Below are positions 1 to 8,877 of a DNA stretch of 32,000 bases, one piece after another. Below the pieces are notes generated by a model. That model was not told where the DNA came from. It saw nothing but the letters and a program-made list of their open reading frames with translations, and did no database searches. A program made the translations under genes and the position numbers. The DNA is taken from the NCBI GenBank assembly GCA_046497275.1, contig JAWOFX010000064.1, forward strand, positions 12,447 through 44,446. Direction: 5' to 3'. The stretch comes from Promethearchaeia archaeon (GTDB taxonomy: Archaea; Asgardarchaeota; Lokiarchaeia; Sigyniarchaeales; SOKP01). Position 1 is the first letter of the stretch. Each line of letters opens with the position of its first letter.

Positions 1-135
1 ATAATCTTCATGAAATCCTTTCTTAACTACCAATTCATTTAAGGAAATATATTCAGATTTCTCAAGTTGAGAGATTTCTTTACTTATTGTTGTCTTACCG
101 CACCCCGGTGTGCCAGTTATTATTATAATTTCCAT
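1..135 (-). CDS. Adenylate kinase 6 / Fap7-like P-loop kinase, N-terminal part (runs off the window; absent from the ORF track)
   Basis: Manual translation from ATG at 135: MEIIIITGTPGCGKTTISKEISQLEKSEYISLNELVVKKGFHEDY. TGTPGxGKTT and ISLNEL are typical of archaeal AK6. Confidence 0.8.
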   Translation of the reverse strand, partial: MEIIIITGTPGCGKTTISKEISQLEKSEYISLNELVVKKGFHEDY

Positions 136-250
136 AATTAATATCAAATAATACTTAGAATAATCTTCTGAAAATAATTATATTTTATTCTTAAAATAAA
201 ATTAATAGTTAAGAAAGGATTTCATTGGGTTATAGTTATAATTCATAAAA

Positions 251-327
251 TGGTGCGGGGAGGGGGCTTCGATCCCCCGACCTCACGGTTATCAGCCGTG
301 CGCTATACCAAGCTAAGCCATCTCCGC
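251..327 (-). tRNA. tRNA-Ile(GAT), CCA encoded
   Basis: Reverse complement gives a 77-nt cloverleaf: 5' GCGGAGA, D arm, anticodon arm CACGG-CT GAT AA-CCGTG, T arm GGGGG-ATCGAAG-CCCCC, 3' ACCA. Confidence 0.97.
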
Positions 328-477
328 AAAGATTTTATTAGAATTAACACAATTAGATATTAACTCTTCCTAAATTGTGTTAATTTTAATAATTTTAATA
401 AAATATAGTTAAAAAATTTTTTGACTACTTGAATTAAATATTTATAGAATTAATTACTTAAACACAAATGATTATTA

Positions 478-909
478 ATGTCTGATAAACTTATTTATTC
501 GGTTATTGGCTTACAAGATTTCATAATATCTTTTGAAAAATATTGTGACCCCTGTGAAATCCAACAGCATTGCAAATATGGAAAAAACAATCCTTTTTCT
601 ATTCAAATTAATTGTAATGATATTAATAGTTCAAAAGAAAAGATTAAATATGAACAACTAAAAAAATTACAAAAAACAGAAGACGTCACCGTGTCTTACG
701 ATGATTTAATAAAAAAGATAAAGATAAATTTACAAACAATTTTTTCAGAAATTTGGAAAAATAAGATCAAAAATCAGAAAGAAGAGATAAGATGTCTTGA
801 TTCAAAAAAAGTTGATTCAATTTTAGTAGCACAACAAGGTCAAGATTGGTGGCAAGATTTTAATAAAGTAATGACTAAAATCAATGAAGAATGCGAAATG
901 ATTATGTAA
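478..909 (+). CDS. Hypothetical protein with Cys cluster (CxxC-x5-C...C)
   Basis: 143-aa ORF with plausible composition; YCDPCEIQQHCKYG motif; family not recognised. Confidence 0.75.
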   Translation: MSDKLIYSVIGLQDFIISFEKYCDPCEIQQHCKYGKNNPFSIQINCNDINSSKEKIKYEQLKKLQKTEDVTVSYDDLIKKIKINLQTIFSEIWKNKIKNQKEEIRCLDSKKVDSILVAQQGQDWWQDFNKVMTKINEECEMIM

Positions 910-969
910 ATTTTCAAAAAATACTTTCAGTTTAAATCTTTATTTTGAAAAATTCAATTGTATTAAAAT

Positions 970-1533
970 ATGATTTTAAATGATTCTCTCTTCCAAATTT
1001 ATAATAATCTTATCGAAATTGTTTTTATTTTTATGAAATATATCTTAGTCTTGATTCTAATAATAATTGGAATTTTAACTTTATTACGTTTAAGAGGGAT
1101 ATATCTTAATAAAAAAATTTATAATACTACAGAAATCAAAAATCAGGATCCTCTTAATCAAATAAGGCTTATACTTGGATTCTCTTATATTTTTTTGGGG
1201 ATTGGGATTTTATTTAATTATTTGATCTATTTTATGATATGGATTTTGGATCCTTTACCTGATAGAATTGCTTTTTTTCTTTTAAATAAAATAGTGGAAA
1301 TTCAAAATTCTCTTAATTTAGATATTGTGACCCCTGATTCATTAAATATTATAAATCTAATTTTCAATTTTTTATCATTTTTATTTTTTTTCGAATTATT
1401 ACTAAGCGTTTGGTATTTAATCCATAATAATAAGGTCATAAATAATCCAAGAGGTGCTTTTATAGGTATTATATCTAGTCTTATAGGATGTGTACTTTTC
1501 GGTTTTACCGCTTTCATGCCGCATTTTTTATGA
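970..1533 (+). CDS. Hypothetical multi-pass membrane protein
   Basis: 187-aa ORF with about four hydrophobic segments; the true start may be the second Met (MKYILV). Confidence 0.75.
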   Translation: MILNDSLFQIYNNLIEIVFIFMKYILVLILIIIGILTLLRLRGIYLNKKIYNTTEIKNQDPLNQIRLILGFSYIFLGIGILFNYLIYFMIWILDPLPDRIAFFLLNKIVEIQNSLNLDIVTPDSLNIINLIFNFLSFLFFFELLLSVWYLIHNNKVINNPRGAFIGIISSLIGCVLFGFTAFMPHFL

Positions 1534-1794
1534 CTTTTTGCAATCATCAATTTTTTATTTTTTCAAAAAGGAGAAAAATCTATTTTGTCGAACTTTATTC
1601 ATCATATTTAATTAGAAATTTGAGATAGTTGTTTGGGAAAAAGGGATTTGAGATATTTAATAAGAGAAAAAATAAGAAAATAATACAAGATTGGATTCCA
1701 TTTATTAATACTTTGTCCATCAATAAAATTTTTTCATTTTAAGTGATATATTTTTTCTATTTCAATTTTCCTATTTAACTAACAAAACATAAAA

Positions 1795-1809
1795 CGAAAG
1801 GTTTAAATA
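1795..1809 (+). promoter_or_regulatory. BRE-TATA promoter (CGAAAG-G-TTTAAATA) upstream of tfb
   Basis: Close match to the archaeal BRE+TATA consensus, about 140 nt before the tfb ATG; a second TATA-like TTATATAA lies at about 1919. Confidence 0.55.
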
Positions 1810-1950
1810 TAATATTTGTGTATAAATAATTTGCAATCGGGTTATTTTCGTTCAGTCACTTAGTATAATTGATTTCCTAACATTAGAGTCATCGCTGGGT
1901 TGATTTAATTTGTGAAAATTATATAAATTTTATATTAATGGGGTTATATT

Positions 1951-2838
1951 ATGGAAATAAAAACAGATATGAATTTGTTAACTAATGTTTGTCCTGAATG
2001 TGGGGGTAAAATTATCCCTATTCAAGAAAAAGGTGAGAATGTCTGTAGAAAATGTGGTTTAGTAGTCAATGAGAGGATCTTAGACATTTCTCATAGTGGA
2101 AAGAGAGCTTTTACAAAACAAGAAAAAGATAAAAGAGCGAGAACGGGATCTCCCATTTCAATCCTTCTACCGGATATGGGTTTGAGTACTGTTATAGATA
2201 AATCTGGGATTAAAAATGCAGATCTTAAAAGAGCAGCAAAATGGAATTCCAGAATGACTTGGGATAAAAGAAATATGTTAATTGCAACCACAGAATTAAA
2301 AAGGATAGGCAGCAATCTTAATTTACCATCTCATCTAAAAAAAGCTGCGATAAGGCTTTATATTGAGGCTTTTAAAAAGAAATTATTAAGAGGTAGATCA
2401 ATAAATGGTATGGTTGCAGCTTGTCTATATTTTGCCTGCAGAAAAAGTAATGTACCCAGAACTTTACAAGAAATTCTTGATCAAACTTCAGTTAGTGCAA
2501 AAAATGTAAGAAGATGCTATCGAACTCTAATTAGAGAATTAAAATTGAAAGCTCCATCCACTGATCCCGTTTCTTTAGTCCCTAGATTCGTTGCAGAATT
2601 AGCTCTCAACACCGAGGATGAAAAAACTACAATAAAGATTTTAAAAGCATTTATAAAAAATTTTTCTATAAGTGGTAAAGATCCTAAGGGTTTATGTGCT
2701 GGTGCATTATATCTGGTTTGTAAGGGTCGAAAGAAAAGGATATCTCAAAAAGAAATCGCAAATTTAGTAGGTGTCACCGAGGTTACCCTTCGATCCAGAT
2801 ATAAGGAAATTATTAAAAAATTAAATATTAAGATTTAG
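1951..2838 (+). CDS. tfb: Transcription initiation factor IIB (TFB)
   Basis: Zn ribbon CPECGG...CRKCG; cyclin repeats with LLRGRSINGMVAACLY and SGKDPKGLCAGALY; C-terminal HTH SQKEIANLVGVTEVTLRSRYKE. Confidence 0.95.
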   Translation: MEIKTDMNLLTNVCPECGGKIIPIQEKGENVCRKCGLVVNERILDISHSGKRAFTKQEKDKRARTGSPISILLPDMGLSTVIDKSGIKNADLKRAAKWNSRMTWDKRNMLIATTELKRIGSNLNLPSHLKKAAIRLYIEAFKKKLLRGRSINGMVAACLYFACRKSNVPRTLQEILDQTSVSAKNVRRCYRTLIRELKLKAPSTDPVSLVPRFVAELALNTEDEKTTIKILKAFIKNFSISGKDPKGLCAGALYLVCKGRKKRISQKEIANLVGVTEVTLRSRYKEIIKKLNIKI

Positions 2839-2839
2839 T

Positions 2840-3421
2840 TCATATTTCTTTTTTCATTAAAAATTTTGTAAAATCAGGTAGAGTTATTAAATATTCTTGA
2901 GCATTAGGTAGATAATTCTTTATTTTAATAAACATCTGAGAATAATGATGAGCCCTTTCTTTTTGTTCGAGTACATCATTCCTAGTTTGTTCTCTAATCA
3001 TCTCTACCGGAATGCCCTTCATAACTGCTCTCGCTGGGATTACAAGTCCGGGTGGTACTTGACTTTTATTTAATATCACTGATCCCTCACCAATAGAAGT
3101 TTCTTCAAATATAATACTACCTTCCATAATCTGAATATAATCCTCTAAGAAGCTTCCTAATAGGGTTACCCCAGTCTCTAAAATACAATACCTACCTATA
3201 TGTATCGAACTCTTAGATGATCGTGTTAATAAATTCACTCCATTAAAGATTGTAGAATATTCCCCAATATTTATTTTTGCATTTTCAGCCCGAATAATGG
3301 AACCTGGCCAAATAATAACATTATCATTAACTTTGACATCTCCAATTAAGGTTGCTTGAGGGGAAACATAGGCGTTTTCACTTATTTCTGGTTTCTTATT
3401 ATTATATTCAATTAAAACCAT
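2840..3421 (-). CDS. Gamma-carbonic-anhydrase-like left-handed beta-helix protein lacking the Zn-ligand histidines
   Basis: Hexapeptide repeats; YVSPQATLIGDV, IIWPGSIIRAE and VPPGLVIP...GIP match the YrdA/PaaY architecture. Confidence 0.85.
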   Translation of the reverse strand: MVLIEYNNKKPEISENAYVSPQATLIGDVKVNDNVIIWPGSIIRAENAKINIGEYSTIFNGVNLLTRSSKSSIHIGRYCILETGVTLLGSFLEDYIQIMEGSIIFEETSIGEGSVILNKSQVPPGLVIPARAVMKGIPVEMIREQTRNDVLEQKERAHHYSQMFIKIKNYLPNAQEYLITLPDFTKFLMKKEI

Positions 3422-3542
3422 GATTAATTCCTAAATTAATATTTTTATACTTTCAATATTTTTAATTCATTTAAATTTAATTGATTTTATAAAGATAATT
3501 TTGCCTTTCTATTAGGTTAAATCCAAACTTTAATTAAAAAAT

Positions 3543-4367
3543 TCAGAAAAAATCAAAAGGATCTTTAGATTCAAATAATAGAAACTCATCATAAGGAAAT
3601 TCCAAACTTAAAAAATTTTTTAAATGCCTTAATGCGATCATCTCAGAATTATGATGTGAGATATTTATCAAAGATATACCTAAATCTTCTGCTAAAATTG
3701 CTTTTGTGTGATCTAAATTGCTTGAGATATAACAATCACAGCTTAATTCGGCTGCTTTTTCAATATACTTATTCTCTAGCGTTCCTCCTCCGACAATACA
3801 TATTTTTTGAAGATTTTTAGAAAGTTTACCGACATAAGGTATTTCTCCTCTATTATTATTTAAATTTCTTTTAATACGTTCTAATAAACTTCTCAGGGTT
3901 AGAGTTTCATTAGATTCAGAAAAATTCATAGGCTCACAAATTCTTCCCAAAGGAATTTTATTATTATTAATTTCAACTTGAAAAAGAGAATCTATTTTCA
4001 GATACAAAGATTTGGCAATAGTTTCTGAAATACCATTTTCTGATGATATAAAAGAGTTATTTAAAACAAAAATGGATACTGGATATTTGGAAAGTAAATT
4101 TAATTTATTTATTAAAGGTTTCTTTAGTTCTAAGAGAGGTGTTTGAATGAAGGGATGATGCGAAATTATTAAGGAGACTTTGTTCTTTATAGCATAATAT
4201 ATTGATTGGATGCTTATGTCTAAGCAAATTAAAATCTTTTTAACTTGAGTTTCCCCCTTAATGACTCCATATTGGATCCCGTAAAAATCGTTTTTTCTTG
4301 AGAAAGTTTGTGGTGAGAGTTCATTTTCCAATAACTCTTTTAAATTTTTAAAAAACATAAAAATCAT
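3543..4367 (-). CDS. NIF3/DUF34 family protein
   Basis: DFYGIQYG, ILICLDIS, LIISHHP, ICIVGGG and SHHNSE motifs. Confidence 0.85.
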   Translation of the reverse strand: MIFMFFKNLKELLENELSPQTFSRKNDFYGIQYGVIKGETQVKKILICLDISIQSIYYAIKNKVSLIISHHPFIQTPLLELKKPLINKLNLLSKYPVSIFVLNNSFISSENGISETIAKSLYLKIDSLFQVEINNNKIPLGRICEPMNFSESNETLTLRSLLERIKRNLNNNRGEIPYVGKLSKNLQKICIVGGGTLENKYIEKAAELSCDCYISSNLDHTKAILAEDLGISLINISHHNSEMIALRHLKNFLSLEFPYDEFLLFESKDPFDFF

Positions 4368-4475
4368 TTGAAAAAATTCTTATTTTTAAATAAAGCTGTT
4401 GAGTCTGTAAGTTTTCAATTTTATGTGATTAAAAGGGGTGTTTAAAAGGTTTAAACTAAAAAATATTATAGAAAT

Positions 4476-4679
4476 ATGAGAGCAAAAAAAATTGGAAAAA
4501 AAATAATTAAAAAATTAAAAGAATTTCTTTATGATAATTATGGAGGAAATCTGGTAGAATATGCTTTATTGTTGGGATTTGCCCTATTTATTTTTTTTGT
4601 GATCTTTGGGATAATATCTTCAATAATGGATTGGACTTTAGGGTTATCTAATGATTTCTTTGATCTTATTGGAGGATAA
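4476..4679 (+). CDS. Flp/Fap-like small type IV pilin
   Basis: Basic leader ending FLYDNYG, then GNLVEYALL (E+5, Y+6) and a single hydrophobic helix; 67 aa. Confidence 0.75.
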   Translation: MRAKKIGKKIIKKLKEFLYDNYGGNLVEYALLLGFALFIFFVIFGIISSIMDWTLGLSNDFFDLIGG

Positions 4680-4786
4680 TATCTCATTGAAATATAATAA
4701 AGATTTTTTTAGCCAATTTGTAAAAAATCTAAAGAAATAAATTATTTGATAATCAGATTTTTAAAGATTAAAATTCATTTTTTGAA

Positions 4787-5158
4787 TTATTTATCCTCAG
4801 ACTTGATTATTTTATCATAATCAAGTTTCAAATTAAATCTATTTTTCCAATCTTCAAGATGGTCAAATAAATAGTCTCTATCAATGTTTAAGTATTCAAG
4901 AAAATCGTTTAATTTAATACTTTTAGTTCCCTTAAGAAGTTTCTCTAATTTTTCATCGACTTTTCCTTCTGTCGGTTGTTTCTTTTTCCTCGATCTTAAT
5001 TCTTCTAATAAAGCAAAGTTATTACTGTCATTAAAGAAATATTGGACAATATTATTGATAACTGCTGCTTGCGTTCTTCCAAATACACCTACTAATTCAT
5101 CGATCATATCCATATAAATATTGCTTAAGGTGACAGTGGTGCGTTTGGTATCAGTCAT
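4787..5158 (-). CDS. Ribbon-helix-helix (CopG-like) protein with extra C-terminal domain
   Basis: KRTTVTLS strand followed by helices MIDELV and TQAAVINNIVQYF. Confidence 0.75.
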   Translation of the reverse strand: MTDTKRTTVTLSNIYMDMIDELVGVFGRTQAAVINNIVQYFFNDSNNFALLEELRSRKKKQPTEGKVDEKLEKLLKGTKSIKLNDFLEYLNIDRDYLFDHLEDWKNRFNLKLDYDKIIKSEDK

Positions 5159-5227
5159 TTATTATTATTTTTTGATTTTTCTGATAAGGATTATATTAAT
5201 TTTATATTTATATTACTATTTAATCTT

Positions 5228-5262
5228 ATGCTTATTTATGCATTATTATCATAATTAAGCAT
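5228..5262. promoter_or_regulatory. Imperfect 13-bp inverted repeat, candidate operator
   Basis: ATGCTTATTTATG-n9-CATAATTAAGCAT (one mismatch) between two divergent regulator genes. Confidence 0.45.
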
Positions 5263-5320
5263 CATTTATATATTAAAATGATTTAATATTAATTAAAGAA
5301 CTTGAAAAAGTTTAAAATTC

Positions 5321-5342
5321 AAAATGTCGAAAAAATGTCGAA
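5321..5342 (+). repeat. Tandem 11-bp direct repeat AAAATGTCGAA x2
   Basis: Perfect tandem copy between a TATA-like TTTAAAA (about 5311) and the GGAGGA SD of the downstream HTH gene. Confidence 0.55.
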
Positions 5343-5361
5343 GTTTTAGTGGAGGATAAAA

Positions 5362-5616
5362 ATGGCAAATAATATTTTAATTCAGAATCTTATTGAAGAA
5401 ATGGAGATTTTATCACCACTTCAATTTAATTTAATAAAAAAATTAAAAGAAGAAGGTCCATTAACCAGGAGACAACTTGTAAATAAACTAAGGACACCTC
5501 GAACAACAATATATGATAATTTAGTCAAACTTCAAAAGAAAAAAGTGGTTGAAAAATTTTCAAGAAATAACGGAAAGCGTGGCCGACCAAAAGTTTATTG
5601 GAAAATCCTAAAATAG
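5362..5616 (+). CDS. Winged-helix transcriptional regulator (TrmB/MarR-like)
   Basis: GPLTRRQL...PRTTIYDNLVKLQKKKVVEK...GRPKVYW; SD GGAGGA upstream. Confidence 0.85.
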   Translation: MANNILIQNLIEEMEILSPLQFNLIKKLKEEGPLTRRQLVNKLRTPRTTIYDNLVKLQKKKVVEKFSRNNGKRGRPKVYWKILK

Positions 5617-5958
5617 TTTTTTTTAATATTTTATATATTTTTTTTGATAATTAATTAAGAAATCTTTGTTTGGAAGATTATTCTTCAAAATTAGAATTTA
5701 ATCAAAAATTGTTTTAATATTAGGTTTATAGACTCCAATTTTTCCATTGCAAAAAAAAGAAAATATGTTAATTTCAAAATATATTTAAATTAATATAAAA
5801 ATGGATCCCAGATTCAAAATTTTTTTTAATTAATAAATATAGCTATTAAAACATGAACAAATTAATTGTTCAAAAAATACAATAAGCTTGCACTGGAAAA
5901 AAAGGAGTCTAAAAAGATTTTAATTTTTAATAATTATTACTTAAAAAGAGGTTTTAAA

Positions 5959-6942
5959 ATGATTAGTTATAAGGAATTAGGATTCAAAAATACGAAAAGA
6001 ATGTTTGAGGTAGCATTAAAGGGAAACTTTGCTGTCCCAGGTTATAATATAAATAATTTAGAGCAATTACAAGCAATTATAAATGGCTGTGGTAAAAGTA
6101 GGTCTCCTGTAATTATACAAATAAGCAAGGGTGCGCGAGATTATGCAAATCAGACTATGCTTAGATATTTAGGCCAAGGAGCTGTCGAAATGGCTAATGA
6201 ATTAGGATATAAAATACCTATAGCACTCCATTTAGATCATGGAGACTCATTTGAATTATGTAAATCTTGTATTGATCATGGATTTTCAAGTGTAATGTTT
6301 GATGGAAGTCACTTGGCTTATGAAGATAACATAAAATTAACTAAAAAGGTTGTGGAATATGCCCATAAAAATGATGTTTCAGTAGAAGCAGAATTAGGAA
6401 TATTGGCAGGAATAGAAGAGCATGTAAAATCAGAGGAACATAGATATACTGATCCAGAAAAAGTCGAGGATTTTGTAAAAAGAACTCAATGTGATTCTTT
6501 GGCTATTGCGATAGGGACATCTCATGGAGCATATAAATTTAAGGTTGAAAAAAAAGAAGATATACCTGAATTAAGATTTGATATTTTGAAGGAAGTTAAA
6601 AAGAGATTAGGTGATTTTCCAATAGTACTTCATGGATCCTCTTCAGTTCTACAAAATTATGTGAAAATAATTAATGATTTTGGTGGTGCTTTAGAAAAAG
6701 CTTTCGGAATTCCTGAATCTCAACTGAGAAAAGCTACAGAATATGGAGTAAGTAAGATTAATATTGATACTGATGGAAGATTAGTTTTCACAGCAATGGT
6801 AAGAAAATATTTATCTGAAAATCCTGATGTTTTTGATCCTAGAAAATATTTAGGTTTAGCGAGAGATGAACTTACTAAAATGATTTTAAGAAAAAATAAA
6901 GAAGTTCTTGGTTCCGCTGGAATGGCTGATTTATTAGTTTAA
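5959..6942 (+). CDS. fba: Class II fructose-1,6-bisphosphate aldolase
   Basis: ALHLDHG, SVMFDGS, VEAELG, AIGTSHG, VLHGSS and KINIDTD motifs. Start moved to ATG 5959 (MISYKELG), which follows GAGG. Confidence 0.95.
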   Translation: MISYKELGFKNTKRMFEVALKGNFAVPGYNINNLEQLQAIINGCGKSRSPVIIQISKGARDYANQTMLRYLGQGAVEMANELGYKIPIALHLDHGDSFELCKSCIDHGFSSVMFDGSHLAYEDNIKLTKKVVEYAHKNDVSVEAELGILAGIEEHVKSEEHRYTDPEKVEDFVKRTQCDSLAIAIGTSHGAYKFKVEKKEDIPELRFDILKEVKKRLGDFPIVLHGSSSVLQNYVKIINDFGGALEKAFGIPESQLRKATEYGVSKINIDTDGRLVFTAMVRKYLSENPDVFDPRKYLGLARDELTKMILRKNKEVLGSAGMADLLV

Positions 6943-6970
6943 TTGAATTTCTATTTAAAAATTAGGCCAA

Positions 6971-8791
6971 TCATTTTTTTGGAATATAATAATATTCATT
7001 AATACTTTTTTGATACTCATCTTTATTACTTCCAAGTTTATTTACTCTAGGCCTTTTCGTTATAGAATCCCTTCTGAAAGTAATACCCATTATTTCTAAA
7101 AATGTATTAAATCCATCTCGAAGATTTTTAGGTGCTAAGGCTCTTCCTTGTATACCAGGAGAACCCTTGAATACCATTATAGAATCAGCGATAAAATCTT
7201 GAGTAATTATATCATGTTCGACTACAAAAGCGCATTTTTTAATCTCTTCGATAGATTTTCTAATCAATTGAGCAACTTGTAATCTCATTTCAGCATCTAA
7301 AAAAGCAGAAGGTTCATCAAGTAAGTAAATATCTGCCTCAGTTCCTAAACAACTTGCAATCGCTAATCTTTGCAACTCCCCCCCACTTAATTCAGAAACT
7401 AATCTATCTTTAAGATCATTCAATTTAAGATTATCAATCAATCTTCTTTTATATGATTCACTCAAATAAGATGCTAATTTAATTTCATTTAAATAATTAG
7501 AAACCTTCGTTTCTTCATTTAATTGTATATATTGATGTTTAAAGGAAACTTTTAAACCGTTTCTCTTATTTATTTCATTCTCAATTTTTGAATTATTGGA
7601 TTTAACATTTTCTGCAATTAAGTTCACGAAAGTTGATTTTCCAATTCCATTTGGTCCTAATATACCAATTATTTCTCCAGCATGAATTTCACTCCCCATA
7701 ACTTCAAGGTGAAAATTTCCCAATGTTGTTTCCATATCCTCATAAGAGAAAATGATATTTCCCGAGTCATATAGTGATTCTTGAGGAGGTCTTTCATGAA
7801 ATTTTATTGATTCCTCTCTAAAACGGATATTTTCATCCTTTATATAACCATTTAAATAAATATTTATTCCAACTCTTACACCTTGCGGATGAGATATTAT
7901 TCCATAAACTCCTGGTTTTCCATATAATAATGAAACGTAGTCACTTAAATAATCGAGAATCGCAAGATCATGTTCAACGACTATTATTGTTTTATCCGCA
8001 TCTGTCATACTTCTTATTAATTTAGCCATTTTTATCCTTTCACTTACATCTAAATATGAGCTAGGCTCATCAATTAAATACACATCTCCATCTTTTAAAA
8101 TTCCTGCTGCGATAGCTACCCTCTGTAATTCTCCTCCCGATAAAACAGAAATATTTCTATCTAATATTTTCGTCAAATTAAGGTTTTCTGCGATATTCTG
8201 AATTATATCATTTTCGTCATTTTTCTTCAAGACCTCATATACTTTCCCCGAAACAAACTGTGGTATCGATGTTATATCTTGAGGTTTATATACTACCTTA
8301 ATCTTTTGTTCTTTCAATTCAGTAAAATACTGTTGCAATTCTGAACCTTTAAAATAATTTATAATCTCATCCCAGTCTGGTGATTCTTCATTAAATCTTC
8401 CGAAGTTTATTTTTAACGTTCCCGATAGGATTTTTATTAAAGTGCTTTTTCCAATACCATTTTGTCCAATAATTCCTAATACTTTTCCTTTTTTTGGGAT
8501 AGCCATTCTAAATAAAGAGAATTGATCTGGACCATATCTATAAGTCATTTCCTTTTTTAGAGGGTCCGGTAAGTTAACAATACTGATTGCCCCAAATGGA
8601 CATTTTTTAATACATATTCCACAACCAGAACAAAGATTTTCAGCTATTTCTACTTTATTTATTTCTTCATTAAGAACAATTGTTTTATCTCCAGTTCTTA
8701 CTCGTGGACAATATTTAATACAAGGTTTCTCACCAAAAGGACTACACTTATCTGGTTTGCATTTGTCCTTGTTAAGTACAGCAATCCTCAT
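6971..8791 (-). CDS. rli1: Ribosome recycling ATPase ABCE1/Rli1
   Basis: N-terminal FeS Cys domain (CSGCGICIKKCPF); two ABC domains with GQNGIGKST, GPNGIGKST and LSGGELQR. Confidence 0.97.
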   Translation of the reverse strand: MRIAVLNKDKCKPDKCSPFGEKPCIKYCPRVRTGDKTIVLNEEINKVEIAENLCSGCGICIKKCPFGAISIVNLPDPLKKEMTYRYGPDQFSLFRMAIPKKGKVLGIIGQNGIGKSTLIKILSGTLKINFGRFNEESPDWDEIINYFKGSELQQYFTELKEQKIKVVYKPQDITSIPQFVSGKVYEVLKKNDENDIIQNIAENLNLTKILDRNISVLSGGELQRVAIAAGILKDGDVYLIDEPSSYLDVSERIKMAKLIRSMTDADKTIIVVEHDLAILDYLSDYVSLLYGKPGVYGIISHPQGVRVGINIYLNGYIKDENIRFREESIKFHERPPQESLYDSGNIIFSYEDMETTLGNFHLEVMGSEIHAGEIIGILGPNGIGKSTFVNLIAENVKSNNSKIENEINKRNGLKVSFKHQYIQLNEETKVSNYLNEIKLASYLSESYKRRLIDNLKLNDLKDRLVSELSGGELQRLAIASCLGTEADIYLLDEPSAFLDAEMRLQVAQLIRKSIEEIKKCAFVVEHDIITQDFIADSIMVFKGSPGIQGRALAPKNLRDGFNTFLEIMGITFRRDSITKRPRVNKLGSNKDEYQKSINEYYYIPKK

Positions 8792-8877
8792 TTAAACTCA
8801 CTATAATCCTAAATAAAAAATGATAAATAAATATATTCATTATTACACTAAAGATTTAAGCATAGTGGTGAATAAAT

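Noticed and set aside
227-238. GGGTTATAGTTA, also antisense to LSU helix 69
   Set aside because: No C or D box flanks it on the plus strand; likely chance in AT-rich DNA.
1852-1895. Minus-strand GCGATGA...CTGA C/D-like boxes
   Set aside because: Only 33 nt between the boxes, no internal D'/C', no terminal stem and no recognisable target.
1302-5117. ORFs 1302-1550, 2091-2315, 3632-3820 and 4884-5117
   Set aside because: Antisense shadows of better-supported genes; no motifs.
5866-5958. 31-aa N-terminal extension of fba from the TTG start
   Set aside because: The family begins at MISYKELG, which has an SD-like GAGG; the extension is low-complexity.
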